This document shows positions 36,091 through 45,292 of a stretch of 64,000 nucleotides of DNA, one piece after another. The stretch lies in IMG/VR virus record IMGVR_UViG_3300022555_000054. One strand, given 5' to 3'. The stretch's first letter is position 1; each line of letters starts with the position of its first letter. The notes below the pieces were generated by a model. It was not told the origin of the DNA. It saw only the letters and a program-made list of their open reading frames with translations, and made no database searches. The translations under genes were made by a program, and so were the position numbers. The stretch comes from an uncultured virus (IMG/VR IMGVR_UViG_3300022555_000054). Lineage: Duplodnaviria > Heunggongvirae > Uroviricota > Caudoviricetes.

Positions 36091-36537
36091 ATGACAACCA
36101 CAATGGATACAAACAGCTATCGGGCGACATTTCCGAAAACTATCGGAACGCTCGACATCACGACCTGCGCCACCGGTAAGCTGACGTACAACACGCTGAC
36201 GGGGTGCTCAAAGCTGAGCACGGCCGGAGCGAATGGCTCTGAGTATACACATCTGGGTGCATTTCCGATGGTTGGAACTTCCGCTACTCAGGTGACGTTG
36301 CTGTATTCTCCGGACGGAACTGCATGTGCTGGTCCGATTGCAAGCACGACGTTGTCGGCGTTTGCGACCACGACCGCGGGCACGTTACAGACAGCAGCTT
36401 TTCTGAATGCCGATGGTACGCAGATATCTGAATCATCTCCGCTCCGGCTTCCCGCCAATGGTCAGTTATGGGTGCAGATCGGGGCCACTCAGACTGCGCC
36501 GGGCGTCGCCGTTGTCGCGCAGCGGAGGGACTTGTAA
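36091..36537 (+). CDS. Tail-associated protein
   Basis: AAGGAG RBS; lies in the fibre module. Confidence 0.6.
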   Translation: MTTTMDTNSYRATFPKTIGTLDITTCATGKLTYNTLTGCSKLSTAGANGSEYTHLGAFPMVGTSATQVTLLYSPDGTACAGPIASTTLSAFATTTAGTLQTAAFLNADGTQISESSPLRLPANGQLWVQIGATQTAPGVAVVAQRRDL

Positions 36538-37481
36538 TGGCCCTCGGTGGACCCCTTGGCGTAGCACTCGGCGCTACGTCGAAGACTGCTCCATTCACAG
36601 GCACTGTCTCCCCAGCCAATGCTGGAGCGGGGTCCATTACCGCACCCGCAGGCGCCACTCGAATGACGTGCATATTGCAGGGCGCGGGCGGAGGCGGAGG
36701 CGGAGCCGATGCTGCGGGTTATGACGGCGGTGCTGGTGGCGCAGGGAGCAAGGTAACAGTTGTGCTTCCGGTCTCCGGCGGGGCCGGTATCTCGTATAAC
36801 GTCCCAACTGGTGGCCGCGGTGGCGCGTACGATACGCGCGGAGCTGAAGGCGAAGATGCGGGCGGCGGTGGCGGCGGTGGCGGATATTGTAGCTTGTCCA
36901 TCAACGGAACGCTTGTTGCCATCGCGGCAGGCGGCGGCGGGGGCCCTGGCGCGTCCTGGGGGGCGTCTGAGACATCCCCTGGTGGCGCGGGGGGAGGCCT
37001 GACGGGAGCCTCTGGGTCAACCCCACCTTATGGTGGTTCTCCCGCCACGGGTGGGACTCAAGTAGGTGGTGGGAGTGGCTCGATAGCCGGAAACAACGTG
37101 TCTGGTGGTTACAACGGAATCTCTGGGTCCGCACTGACAGGCGGAAATATCAGTCCCAGTCCCCAACCGTCTCCGGCAAATGCAACGACGGTCGGGGGCG
37201 GCGGAGGCGCGGCCAATAATTCCATTGTCCATGGTGCTACTTGCGGCGGTGGCGGGGGCGCGGGATATTTCGGAGGTGGCGCGGGTTCTGAGACTGGGTA
37301 TGGCAACTATGACTACGGCAGCAGCGGCGCAGGTGGTTCTGATTATGTGAGCGGTGCGGTTACGTCATATACGATGTCTCAAGGTTCCGGTGGCGTAGGA
37401 GGCGCTGCTGGGGTCCACGGAACATCACAGCTTAGTGGTGCCGCTGGAGCCAACGGCTCGCTGCTAATCACTTTCGGGTGA
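36537..37481 (+). CDS. Glycine-rich tail fibre/receptor-binding protein
   Basis: GAGGGGG, IAAGGGGG, GGGGAGYFGGGAG, GAGGS.YV motifs. Confidence 0.75.
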   Translation: MALGGPLGVALGATSKTAPFTGTVSPANAGAGSITAPAGATRMTCILQGAGGGGGGADAAGYDGGAGGAGSKVTVVLPVSGGAGISYNVPTGGRGGAYDTRGAEGEDAGGGGGGGGYCSLSINGTLVAIAAGGGGGPGASWGASETSPGGAGGGLTGASGSTPPYGGSPATGGTQVGGGSGSIAGNNVSGGYNGISGSALTGGNISPSPQPSPANATTVGGGGGAANNSIVHGATCGGGGGAGYFGGGAGSETGYGNYDYGSSGAGGSDYVSGAVTSYTMSQGSGGVGGAAGVHGTSQLSGAAGANGSLLITFG

Positions 37482-37491
37482 GGGTAGAAAT

Positions 37492-38052
37492 ATGTCGTGC
37501 TATAAAGTGAACACACTGACGGGTGAGATATTATCCGCTCAGCTCGTCCAGCCCCCGGAAGAGTTTTCCGGCTTGTCTTATGCTGTGCTTCAAGACCTTG
37601 GACCGGCGTTCCCAGATCGGTCGGACCTTTCCGGGGTCGGATTTTGGGAGGAATCTCGGGTTTCCGCGTGTCCGGACCCGATGCACATTGCGGCAGATGT
37701 TTGGCCGCCTGTCGCCGATATGGAACGTAAAGTAGTCGTCACAACTCAGGGGGTGGTGCCAAAGCCGCTCTTTCTGATCCAGAGGGATGTTAAGCGTTTA
37801 GGCGTTGAGGTTGATGCCTGGATTGATCAGATATCGCAGGAACGTGGCTACAAGTCTATCGAAGCCGTGTGCAGCTATGCCAACAGCGCGAATGCGGCCT
37901 GGGCGGCTGATGCTCATGCGGCAATCACTTGGCGCGATGCTGTTTGGTCGGCGTTCTTCGCTACTCAGGCCCAAGTCCTCGCCGGGACCGTTCCGATGAT
38001 GACCCAGGGCGCTCTCATCGCTTCACTGCCCAAGATCGTGTGGCCATCATGA
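37492..38052 (+). CDS. Tail fibre assembly-like protein
   Basis: ERGY.SI...CSYANS....W.ADA.A...WRDAVW...LPKIVWP. Confidence 0.7.
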   Translation: MSCYKVNTLTGEILSAQLVQPPEEFSGLSYAVLQDLGPAFPDRSDLSGVGFWEESRVSACPDPMHIAADVWPPVADMERKVVVTTQGVVPKPLFLIQRDVKRLGVEVDAWIDQISQERGYKSIEAVCSYANSANAAWAADAHAAITWRDAVWSAFFATQAQVLAGTVPMMTQGALIASLPKIVWPS

Positions 38053-38834
38053 CCACCATCGACCCTGCCGCCCTCGCGCTGATCAAGCAGTTCGAGGGCC
38101 GCCCGACGCATCCCGAGTGGCCGGGCGGCGCCAGCGGAATCACTATCGGTTACGGCTCGGACATCGGCGCTGACCCTGACGGCCTGGACGATTGGCACGA
38201 CCACCTCGACCCCTACGCTTTCGCTCGTCTGCAAGAGGCGCGCGGCGTTCGGGGACCGGCGGCGATGGCGCTGTTGCCCAAGCTCCGGGACATTGAGATT
38301 CCGCCGGCCGCGTCCGAAGCGGTGCTGATCGGCGCCGCGTTGCCGGCCTATCTCGTGCTGACGCTCCATACATTCCCCGGCGCCGAACATCTCCCGGCCA
38401 TGAGCCAGGGCGCGTTGGTGTCGCTGGTCTACAATCGCGGAGCATCGCTCGACGGCCCTAAGCGCCAGGAAATGGCAGCCATCCGCGACCACATCGACGC
38501 CGCCGTCTACGACATGGTGCCGCTTGAGTTCGCGTTGATGGCGCGGCTTTGGAAAAACGGCGTTCCGACAGCATCGAATCTCGCCGGCCGCCGGTATTAC
38601 GAGGGCCACCTGTTCGAGCGCGGGTTGATGGGCGCTCATCTGACCGACCAATCCACGCTCCTGCTCGGGGACTCTGGCGACAGGGTGCGGGCGATGCAGC
38701 GGGCGCTGCGGGTCAATGCTGATGGTGAGTTCGGCACCGGCACTCTGATTGCGCTTCTCATTTGGCAGAGCCGTCAGGGGTTCTCAAAGCACGGCATGGC
38801 TGACGCCGATACGCTGCGGTCGTTGGGGCTATGA
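38049..38834 (+). CDS. Endolysin: GH24/pesticin-like muramidase with C-terminal peptidoglycan-binding domain
   Basis: LIKQFEG, WPGGASGITIGYG.D.G, ALVSLVYNRG, L.GRR..E, GDSG.RV..MQ.AL...ADGEFG.GT. Confidence 0.9.
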   Translation: MTTIDPAALALIKQFEGRPTHPEWPGGASGITIGYGSDIGADPDGLDDWHDHLDPYAFARLQEARGVRGPAAMALLPKLRDIEIPPAASEAVLIGAALPAYLVLTLHTFPGAEHLPAMSQGALVSLVYNRGASLDGPKRQEMAAIRDHIDAAVYDMVPLEFALMARLWKNGVPTASNLAGRRYYEGHLFERGLMGAHLTDQSTLLLGDSGDRVRAMQRALRVNADGEFGTGTLIALLIWQSRQGFSKHGMADADTLRSLGL

Positions 38835-38978
38835 AGCCGAAGTTTCCGCCCCCGGTCATCTCTGCCGCCGAAGTCGCCGAAGCCGCAGCCTGCCCGGCTC
38901 GGACGGTGCGGTGCCAGTCGCCGGGGTATTGCTACACCACCCTCTGCCGGCGCAGGCTGGCGCACAAGGATACCTGAC

Positions 38979-39506
38979 ATGAGTATCTTCTCCGACATCG
39001 CCGAGGCTGGGCTCAACAGCCTCGCCCAGTACGCCCCGACTCTCGCCACCATGATCGGCGGCCCGCTCGCCGGCACGGCCGTCACCGCGATCGAATCCGT
39101 GCTCGGCATCACTCCGACCGGCGACGCCAACAAAGCCCTGGCCGCCTGCGCCAACGCCACGCCGGAGCAAATCCTGGCGCTCAAGGCCGAGGACAACCGG
39201 CACGCCGAGGCTCTCCAGAAGGCCGGTATCGACCTGGAGACCTTGGCGCAGAAGGATCGGGACTCCGCGCGCCAGCGGGAAATCGCCGTGAAAGACTGGG
39301 TTCCCGGCGTGCTGGCTATCGTCCTCACTGTAGGGTTCTTCGGTCTTTTAGGCTGGCTTGTGAGCCACGAACCGCCTGTAGGCAGTCGCGACATCCTCAA
39401 CATCATGCTCGGAGCACTCGGGGCCGGTTGGGGAACCATGGTGAGCTATTTCTACGGCAGTTCTAAAGGAGCTGACGCTATGGCCGCAAAGCTCTCAGTG
39501 CGATAA
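38979..39506 (+). CDS. Holin-like membrane protein (3TM type)
   Basis: APTLATMIGGPLAG, DRDSARQRE, two C-terminal TMs, YFYGSS. Confidence 0.75.
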   Translation: MSIFSDIAEAGLNSLAQYAPTLATMIGGPLAGTAVTAIESVLGITPTGDANKALAACANATPEQILALKAEDNRHAEALQKAGIDLETLAQKDRDSARQREIAVKDWVPGVLAIVLTVGFFGLLGWLVSHEPPVGSRDILNIMLGALGAGWGTMVSYFYGSSKGADAMAAKLSVR

Positions 39507-39602
39507 GAGCGGCATGGTGTAGCATACGCCACAAGGCTTTAATTGTGTTCCCCGCTGCTGCATAGCAGAATTCCCCATTCGCTGGTCTCCAGGGAGGGGG
39601 AA

Positions 39603-40055
39603 ATGGGTGAGCCGCATGTCGTTTCTGCGCTGCGCGACAAGAGAGCCGAGTTGGCCGGGCTGGCGCAGCACCATGAGCAACAGGCTCTCGCCTTTAGGTC
39701 CGAGATGGGCCACGTCGATGCCGTCCTGAGGCTCTACGCGCCCGACCTGGAGCCGGAATCGATCCCCGCTCGCCGGTATCGGCGGCGGTGCCCATTCTTC
39801 AAGAACAAGGAGGCCACCAGACTCTGCGCCGACGTGCTGCGCGGTGCCGACGAGCCAATGGCGACGAACGCCATCACGGCTCGGGTGATGCACCGGAAGA
39901 AGATGGCGGGCGATGACCCGAAGGTGATCGACCAGATGCGCCGGACGGTCTACAAGACGCTCAGCCGGCAGCGCAGCTACTTCCAGCGCCACGATGGGGA
40001 GTTCGGCGAACTCACATGGTCGCTGCTGGACCCAATGCAGCCAATGATGATCTAG
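39603..40055 (+). CDS. Transposon-associated hypothetical protein
   Basis: GGAGG RBS; HVVSALRDKRAELAG...HVDAVLRL. Confidence 0.7.
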   Translation: MGEPHVVSALRDKRAELAGLAQHHEQQALAFRSEMGHVDAVLRLYAPDLEPESIPARRYRRRCPFFKNKEATRLCADVLRGADEPMATNAITARVMHRKKMAGDDPKVIDQMRRTVYKTLSRQRSYFQRHDGEFGELTWSLLDPMQPMMI

Positions 40056-40073
40056 TCGTGCCGCTCGCCGATA

Positions 40074-41084
40074 TCACGCCGCCCAATTCCGCTGCCAGTA
40101 CCCGACGAAATCAATGCTGGGCGCGGTTTTGCCGACCAGACGACCGACAATCTCGAACTGATCGCCGTTCGACAGGTCTTTGAAGTCTTCCCGCCATGCG
40201 ATTTCGTTAGCGTACCGGGCGGCGTAGGCGCCAGAGATGTGGTGATGAATGCCAATTTCCGACCGACGGAGGCGGTTGAAGAGTCCCTCAGCATGGTTGG
40301 TGCAGGCTTTGTCCTCACCAAAATATTCGACCGAGTGGTTCACCCGATAGTTTTTGTAAGGCGCAACAACCTTGTCCCATGCAGGAGCCTCATCGGCGTG
40401 GACGATTGTTCCCTTGTCGAGGTTATCGCGGATGAATTCACCAGAATCATCTTCGCTCTGAAACACCTTGGTTTTGGTACGACCGCCCCGCTCGGTTATG
40501 GCGACAACGCATTGTTCCTTGCCGTTCTGATTCTCCTTACGGCGCATGTCCTTGCGTTTGGCTTTTCGATTTTCGGGATATTCATAGCCACCGATAAAGC
40601 AGCCGTCGATTTCAACAATCTTGTCGAGACCTCCAATATTATTAGCCATAACCTCTTTATGAATGCATTCGCGCAGCTTGTGCTCAAGGACGAATGCGGT
40701 TTTGTATTGAACATTAAGCTCACGCGAGAGCATCAATGCCGCAGAACCCTTAACATTATTAACGTAGATTACAATGGCGGCGAGGTAGTCCCGTATTGGC
40801 AACTTGTGATGGGCGAACGAGGTGCCAGCGGTGAGGCCAATGTCCTTTGCGCACCCCGAGCAGCGGTAGCGGAACGTTCCGTTTGGTCGGCGACAGTCGT
40901 AGTGCTCGTCGCAGGAGCCGCAGTGCCGGCAGATTGGCTTGCCGTCATTTTGGTGCCAGCGGAGCCGAGCAAAGGCGGCCTCGGCCTCAAGATCGGTCAT
41001 TCTGAAGATGTTGCCAAGGGAGATGGTGCGAGCCGACGCCTTCTTGAGGCGGTGCGTGCCTTGCTTGCGGTAGCGACGGGCCAT
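40074..41084 (-). CDS. IS1595-family (ISXO2-like DDE) transposase
   Basis: Zn ribbon CRHCG...YRCSGC; LSRELNVQYKTAF; VEIDG.FIGG; VHADE; VNHS.EY; TNHAEG.F; GIHHHIS..Y..RY.NE..WR. Confidence 0.95.
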   Translation of the reverse strand: MARRYRKQGTHRLKKASARTISLGNIFRMTDLEAEAAFARLRWHQNDGKPICRHCGSCDEHYDCRRPNGTFRYRCSGCAKDIGLTAGTSFAHHKLPIRDYLAAIVIYVNNVKGSAALMLSRELNVQYKTAFVLEHKLRECIHKEVMANNIGGLDKIVEIDGCFIGGYEYPENRKAKRKDMRRKENQNGKEQCVVAITERGGRTKTKVFQSEDDSGEFIRDNLDKGTIVHADEAPAWDKVVAPYKNYRVNHSVEYFGEDKACTNHAEGLFNRLRRSEIGIHHHISGAYAARYANEIAWREDFKDLSNGDQFEIVGRLVGKTAPSIDFVGYWQRNWAA

Positions 41085-41226
41085 GGCCGAACCCCCTCTT
41101 ACTGTGTTCGACAAGGCTAGCACACCCTACCATTGGTGTCAACACAAAACCAATGGTAGGCATTGCTATACAAATGTGATAGGTATCTTGACCACCCTAC
41201 GGGGCAACCATTTTTTGGGAAGAATC

Positions 41227-41478
41227 ATGACCTACGACGAGTTTCGGCGGCAGCTTGGTAAGGCAGCCATCAGCATCCGTGAGTTTGCAGAACTGCTTCG
41301 AATGTCACCCAACACCGTTTCAAACAAGGCCCAGCAGGGCCGCGTCCCAGACCACATGGCGGTGATCGCAGCGCTGATCGCCGAGATGGCTGAGAGGCAG
41401 ATCGACTACCGTTCTATCATAGGCAAGCTTGACTTGGACGGCGGCTCACATCGCGGCAACCGCACGAGGAATGATTGA
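41227..41478 (+). CDS. HTH regulator (passenger)
   Basis: MTYDEFRRQLGKAAISIREFAELLRMSPNTVSN. Confidence 0.75.
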   Translation: MTYDEFRRQLGKAAISIREFAELLRMSPNTVSNKAQQGRVPDHMAVIAALIAEMAERQIDYRSIIGKLDLDGGSHRGNRTRND

Positions 41479-41481
41479 GCC

Positions 41482-41511
41482 TTGAACCCCGCGAGCGTTC
41501 ACGTTATGTTC
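41482..41511 (+). promoter_or_regulatory. Promoter overlapped by an alphaproteobacterial LexA-type box
   Basis: TTGAAC-N17-TATGTT; GTTC-acgttat-GTTC at 41497-41511. Confidence 0.6.
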
Positions 41512-41648
41512 TGGTTGCGGAAAAAATCAATGTATCCCGCAAATTCAGGCTTGACTTTGGCGCCAGTTTGGCGCCACATATGTAATCAGCGTTAGCTTAG
41601 GGCAATCAGTGCGCGATGTCTCCAACATTTGAAGGGATGTGCTCAAAA

Positions 41649-41816
41649 ATGGACTCGCGAAATCGCACCAGTTTCCGGTTGCCACCTGAGGTAAACAATC
41701 AGATTGACATCCTAAGGCAGCAACTTCCTGGCACGGTGTCTCGGAACACTTGGATAGAGATTGCAATACGAGAAAAGATCGAGCGCGACACTAAGGTCGA
41801 TGGGGTGACAAAATGA
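41649..41816 (+). CDS. Ribbon-helix-helix controller-like protein
   Basis: TSFRLPPEV...ID......VSRNTWIEIAIREK; ATGA-coupled to the MTase. Confidence 0.7.
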   Translation: MDSRNRTSFRLPPEVNNQIDILRQQLPGTVSRNTWIEIAIREKIERDTKVDGVTK

Positions 41817-42994
41817 GCCATAAATTCTTTGAGTTTTTCGCAGGCGGTGGCATGGCTAGAGCCGGCCTTGGGAGGAATTGGGCTTGTGCTTTCGCGAATG
41901 ATTTTGATCCCAATAAAGCATCGGCTTATAGGGCTAATTGGGGAGAGTCTGATTTGTTGCTTGGTGATATTAATGTCATCACCCCGAAACAGCTTCCAGG
42001 AACGCCTGACTTAGTATGGGCATCATTTCCTTGTCAGGACCTTTCGCTTGCAGGGAATTACCTTGGTATTGGTTCATCATCGGACAAATGCCACACCCGA
42101 TCTGGGACATTCTGGCCATTTTGGCGTCTAATGCAGTCCTTGATGAAAGATGGACGTTCTCCGAAAATAATTGTCCTTGAGAATGTATTTGGAGCATTAA
42201 CATCCAATAATGGACAGGATTTTGCCGCAATCGCAGCGACATTTGCGCACTCAGGCTACCGTTTTGGCGCAATGGTTATCGATGCCGCGAAGTTCCTCCC
42301 CCACAGCCGCCCTCGGGTATTTGTGGTTGGTGTTCACCCCGATATTAGTATTCCGGCAAAACTATTGCTGAGTAAGCCGAATGAGGCGTGGCATCCACAA
42401 GCTTTGCGTCAGGCTTACACCAACATCTCTCAAGAAGCCAAATCGATGTGGGTTTGGTGGAAACTTGCTGAACCGCCTGTGCGCTCGTCCCGTTTCTCAG
42501 ACCTAATACAGGACAATCCTGAGGGGTGTTCTTGGCACACCCCTGCCGAGACGGCCCGTCTACTTGGTATGATGAACTCCTTGCACCTTGGAAAAGTTGA
42601 GGCTGCTAAGGCAATAGCTCAGTCTGAGGGGCGCCTCGTTGTTGGCGGGGTTTACAAGCGCACCCGCGTTGACGACGGGGATAAGGTGCAGCGCGCCGAG
42701 GTGCGCTTCGACGATCTTGCTGGATGCCTTAGAACACCTTCTGGCGGATCATCAAGGCAGAGCATCATCGTGGTGGACCAGAGCCGGAGAGTTAGATCCC
42801 GCCTGCTCTCTCCGCGTGAAGCTGCACGGCTGATGGGGTTGCCCGATACTTATAAGCTTCCAAAGAGCTACAACGAAGCCTATCATCTGGCAGGTGACGG
42901 GGTGGCTGTCCCCGTCGTCCGGTGGCTTGCTCAACACATCTTTGAACCTCTCTTGAGTCACAACCTTTCGCGCTTAGCAAAGAAGGCGGCCTAA
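41813..42994 (+). CDS. DNA cytosine-C5 methyltransferase
   Basis: EFFAGGG, ASFPCQDLS.AG, LENV, HSRPRVF, R.LSPREAARLMG.PD.Y, GDGVAVP. Confidence 0.95.
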   Translation: MSHKFFEFFAGGGMARAGLGRNWACAFANDFDPNKASAYRANWGESDLLLGDINVITPKQLPGTPDLVWASFPCQDLSLAGNYLGIGSSSDKCHTRSGTFWPFWRLMQSLMKDGRSPKIIVLENVFGALTSNNGQDFAAIAATFAHSGYRFGAMVIDAAKFLPHSRPRVFVVGVHPDISIPAKLLLSKPNEAWHPQALRQAYTNISQEAKSMWVWWKLAEPPVRSSRFSDLIQDNPEGCSWHTPAETARLLGMMNSLHLGKVEAAKAIAQSEGRLVVGGVYKRTRVDDGDKVQRAEVRFDDLAGCLRTPSGGSSRQSIIVVDQSRRVRSRLLSPREAARLMGLPDTYKLPKSYNEAYHLAGDGVAVPVVRWLAQHIFEPLLSHNLSRLAKKAA

Positions 42995-42997
42995 TAA

Positions 42998-43918
42998 ATG
43001 ATTTCTTTTCTCGATGACTTTTACAAAGCGAACCGTTTCCGTGGAAAAGGGCCGCTTTCTGTGGCATTAGTTGTAACTGATCATGCGAGAATATCAGGCA
43101 TTCCGCTGAACCCAGATAACCTTATCACTGGTGGCGGTGGGCAGGTTCTCGGGCTAGGCCAGGGGAAGGTACAAGCGATCCTGGCTAGGCACGGCATTAC
43201 AAGGATTCTTGCAAAAGAGTGCGGAAGGACTTCGCGCGGAAGCATCGCGAACATGCGTACTTACGTTGCGTTCCTTAACGACCATCCAGAATTTAGCATC
43301 ACCGATGTAGAGGAATTTTGGATAAACCGTGTTCGCGATTTTTTTACAGCCAAGCCATTTACTCTTCGACTTGACGGCGCACTTGGCCTAAGGGCTGTTG
43401 TGCGAAGCTTGATGCGGCAAGCCGAGGAAAGACAACGCGAAATGCCTGGGAATATGTTTCTTGGCACTATGATGCAGCATCTCGTCGGGGCCAAGCTATC
43501 CCTTGTTCTTGGACGTGGCGTTGTCGAGCAACATGGTTCTAATGAGAATGATGAAGCTGACAATAGGACTGGTGATTTTGAAACGGGCGATGTTTCTATC
43601 CATGTTTCAACCGCGCCCGGCGAGGCGCTTATGCGAAAATGTTCGGAGAACATCGATATTGGGCGCAAGCCTATAATTGTGACAACCTCAAAAGGAGCTA
43701 TGGCCGCTGAGGTTTTTGCAGAGAAGTGCAATATCACTGACCGAATTGACATTGTTGAATTTGAACAGTTCATTGCGACAAATATTTATGAGCTTGGCCG
43801 GTTTGTTCCGGAAGAACGTCGCCTCCGTATAGATTCACTTCTTCAATTATATAATGAGATAATTGACACTTACGAAACCGACCCAAGCTTAAAGATTGAA
43901 CTGTCTAAGGGGCGGTGA
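42998..43918 (+). CDS. Putative restriction endonuclease partner (DUF4928-like)
   Basis: Begins 3 nt after the C5-MTase; ECGRTSRGS, QHLVGAKL, AD..TGDF, IHVS.APGEAL..KC; low GC. Family name recalled from motifs, not searched. Confidence 0.6.
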   Translation: MISFLDDFYKANRFRGKGPLSVALVVTDHARISGIPLNPDNLITGGGGQVLGLGQGKVQAILARHGITRILAKECGRTSRGSIANMRTYVAFLNDHPEFSITDVEEFWINRVRDFFTAKPFTLRLDGALGLRAVVRSLMRQAEERQREMPGNMFLGTMMQHLVGAKLSLVLGRGVVEQHGSNENDEADNRTGDFETGDVSIHVSTAPGEALMRKCSENIDIGRKPIIVTTSKGAMAAEVFAEKCNITDRIDIVEFEQFIATNIYELGRFVPEERRLRIDSLLQLYNEIIDTYETDPSLKIELSKGR

Positions 43919-44044
43919 CACATCGCCCATCATACGCTATAACCTAGGTTGTCACAGACTCTCACCATACACGCTTAGGTTCTGTGGCGTATGCTACACC
44001 ATGCCGGATAAGAGCCTTGCAGCAGTTTCGGAGCGATGGCTTAT

Positions 44045-44212
44045 TCATGGTGTCACCTCGTCGTTCCAAGTGAACTTCCCGCTCGTCGTGTCATAGTGCG
44101 CGGCGTGGTGGGCGATGATATCTGCATGAGGTTCAGTGGCTTTGGCAGCCAGGATACCAACCCCTACTGCTCCGAGGAAAAGACCAACCAGGAATCCAGT
44201 CAGCGTATCCAT
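44045..44212 (-). CDS. Small membrane protein
   Basis: AAGGAG RBS; MDTLTGFLVGLFLGAVGVGIL. Confidence 0.6.
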   Translation of the reverse strand: MDTLTGFLVGLFLGAVGVGILAAKATEPHADIIAHHAAHYDTTSGKFTWNDEVTP

Positions 44213-44379
44213 CAATTGTTCTCCTTCTTCACCGGCCGGTACGCCTCACACTTATCTTCCCCAGTCTTCGGGGTGAAAGCCATGTACGACTGCCGGTATT
44301 CACACGGAGTTGCTGTTGCTCGATAGCAATGGCTGCGGCTGGGGCAGTCTAGGTTCAGGCAGAGAGAAATATCAGGCAT
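44212..44379 (-). CDS. Small Cys-rich protein
   Basis: MPDISLCLNLDCPSRSHCYRATATPCEYRQSY; GGAGG RBS; coupled on both sides. Confidence 0.65.
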   Translation of the reverse strand: MPDISLCLNLDCPSRSHCYRATATPCEYRQSYMAFTPKTGEDKCEAYRPVKKENN

Positions 44380-44669
44380 CACGTATCCTCCACCGGCTTA
44401 TCAAGGCGGATTTCACTAATGTCTTTCCATCCGTCCTCTCCATCCTGACCATAGAAATGGTTGACACCACCCAGCGGCACCACAGCCGCCTGCCCCGCCA
44501 GCAAAGCGTCAACCGCTTCATCGGTCAGGCCGAGAGCTTCGAGGGTGACGATAATCGCCCGGTGCGCGTGCATGGTCGCAACGCTGTCCTGGCATTTTGT
44601 GCCGAGAATATAGGCACGGTGAATGGCGGATGCGCCAAGATCAACCAGCTTCTTCAGTCCGTTTTCCAT
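44379..44669 (-). CDS. Hypothetical protein
   Basis: Translationally coupled; shares L-.G-AAVVP and RLDKP.E with the upstream gene. Confidence 0.6.
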   Translation of the reverse strand: MENGLKKLVDLGASAIHRAYILGTKCQDSVATMHAHRAIIVTLEALGLTDEAVDALLAGQAAVVPLGGVNHFYGQDGEDGWKDISEIRLDKPVEDT

Positions 44670-45292
44670 TATTTGTTCTCCATCGGCTTGTCGAGGCGGC
44701 CAGCGTTTATTGCTCTCGTCCAATCAGGCTGTATATCGGCGGGTGTTGTCTCGTAACAAAGTTCATCGACCATAGACTGAGTAATGGTCATCGGCACCAC
44801 AGCCGCGCGGCCTTCGATGAGGGCTTTTCCAGCTTCAACGCCGATATTCGCTGTCAGCAGTTCGCCAGTGACCAGCAAGCGCTGTTCAGCCTTCCGCCTC
44901 CGCCCCACCTCTCGATTGTTGGTCTCCAAGAGTTTGGTGACGTGGGCGTCGTGCTTGGTCTTCGCCAATTCAATGTGGGTGCGCAATACCCGTATATTGG
45001 CTTTGGCCTCATTGAGTTCGTTCCAGTAATTTTTCTCCCCCATCGCAGAGAAATGGGACAACCCGGCTTCCAGTTCTGCCACCATGGAACTGATCGCGTC
45101 ACGCTCGGCTTCCAGTTCAGTGACACGGGCGTCGTGCTTGGTCTGCATCTCGGATGTCATCCGGTTCGCCCAAGCGGACCATTCAATGGCCTGCGCCTTG
45201 AGCGCGTCACGCTCAGCGCGGATGACTTCGATCTGTCGATCCTGCGTCTCCGCGATCAGCCGCCACTCGCATTCGTGGTCAGACATTGGCAT
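44669..45292 (-). CDS. Coiled-coil hypothetical protein
   Basis: Internal repeat TKHDARVTEL / TKHDAHVTKL. Confidence 0.65.
   Translation of the reverse strand: MPMSDHECEWRLIAETQDRQIEVIRAERDALKAQAIEWSAWANRMTSEMQTKHDARVTELEAERDAISSMVAELEAGLSHFSAMGEKNYWNELNEAKANIRVLRTHIELAKTKHDAHVTKLLETNNREVGRRRKAEQRLLVTGELLTANIGVEAGKALIEGRAAVVPMTITQSMVDELCYETTPADIQPDWTRAINAGRLDKPMENK

Larger units (their letters stand above)
39510..44006. mobile_element. IS1595-family transposon with passenger genes (4497 bp)
   Basis: Perfect 24-bp TIRs CGGCATGGTGTAGCATACGCCACA (39510-39533 and 43983-44006); 8-bp TSD GATAAGAG (39502-39509 and 44007-44014); internal DDE transposase. Confidence 0.95.
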
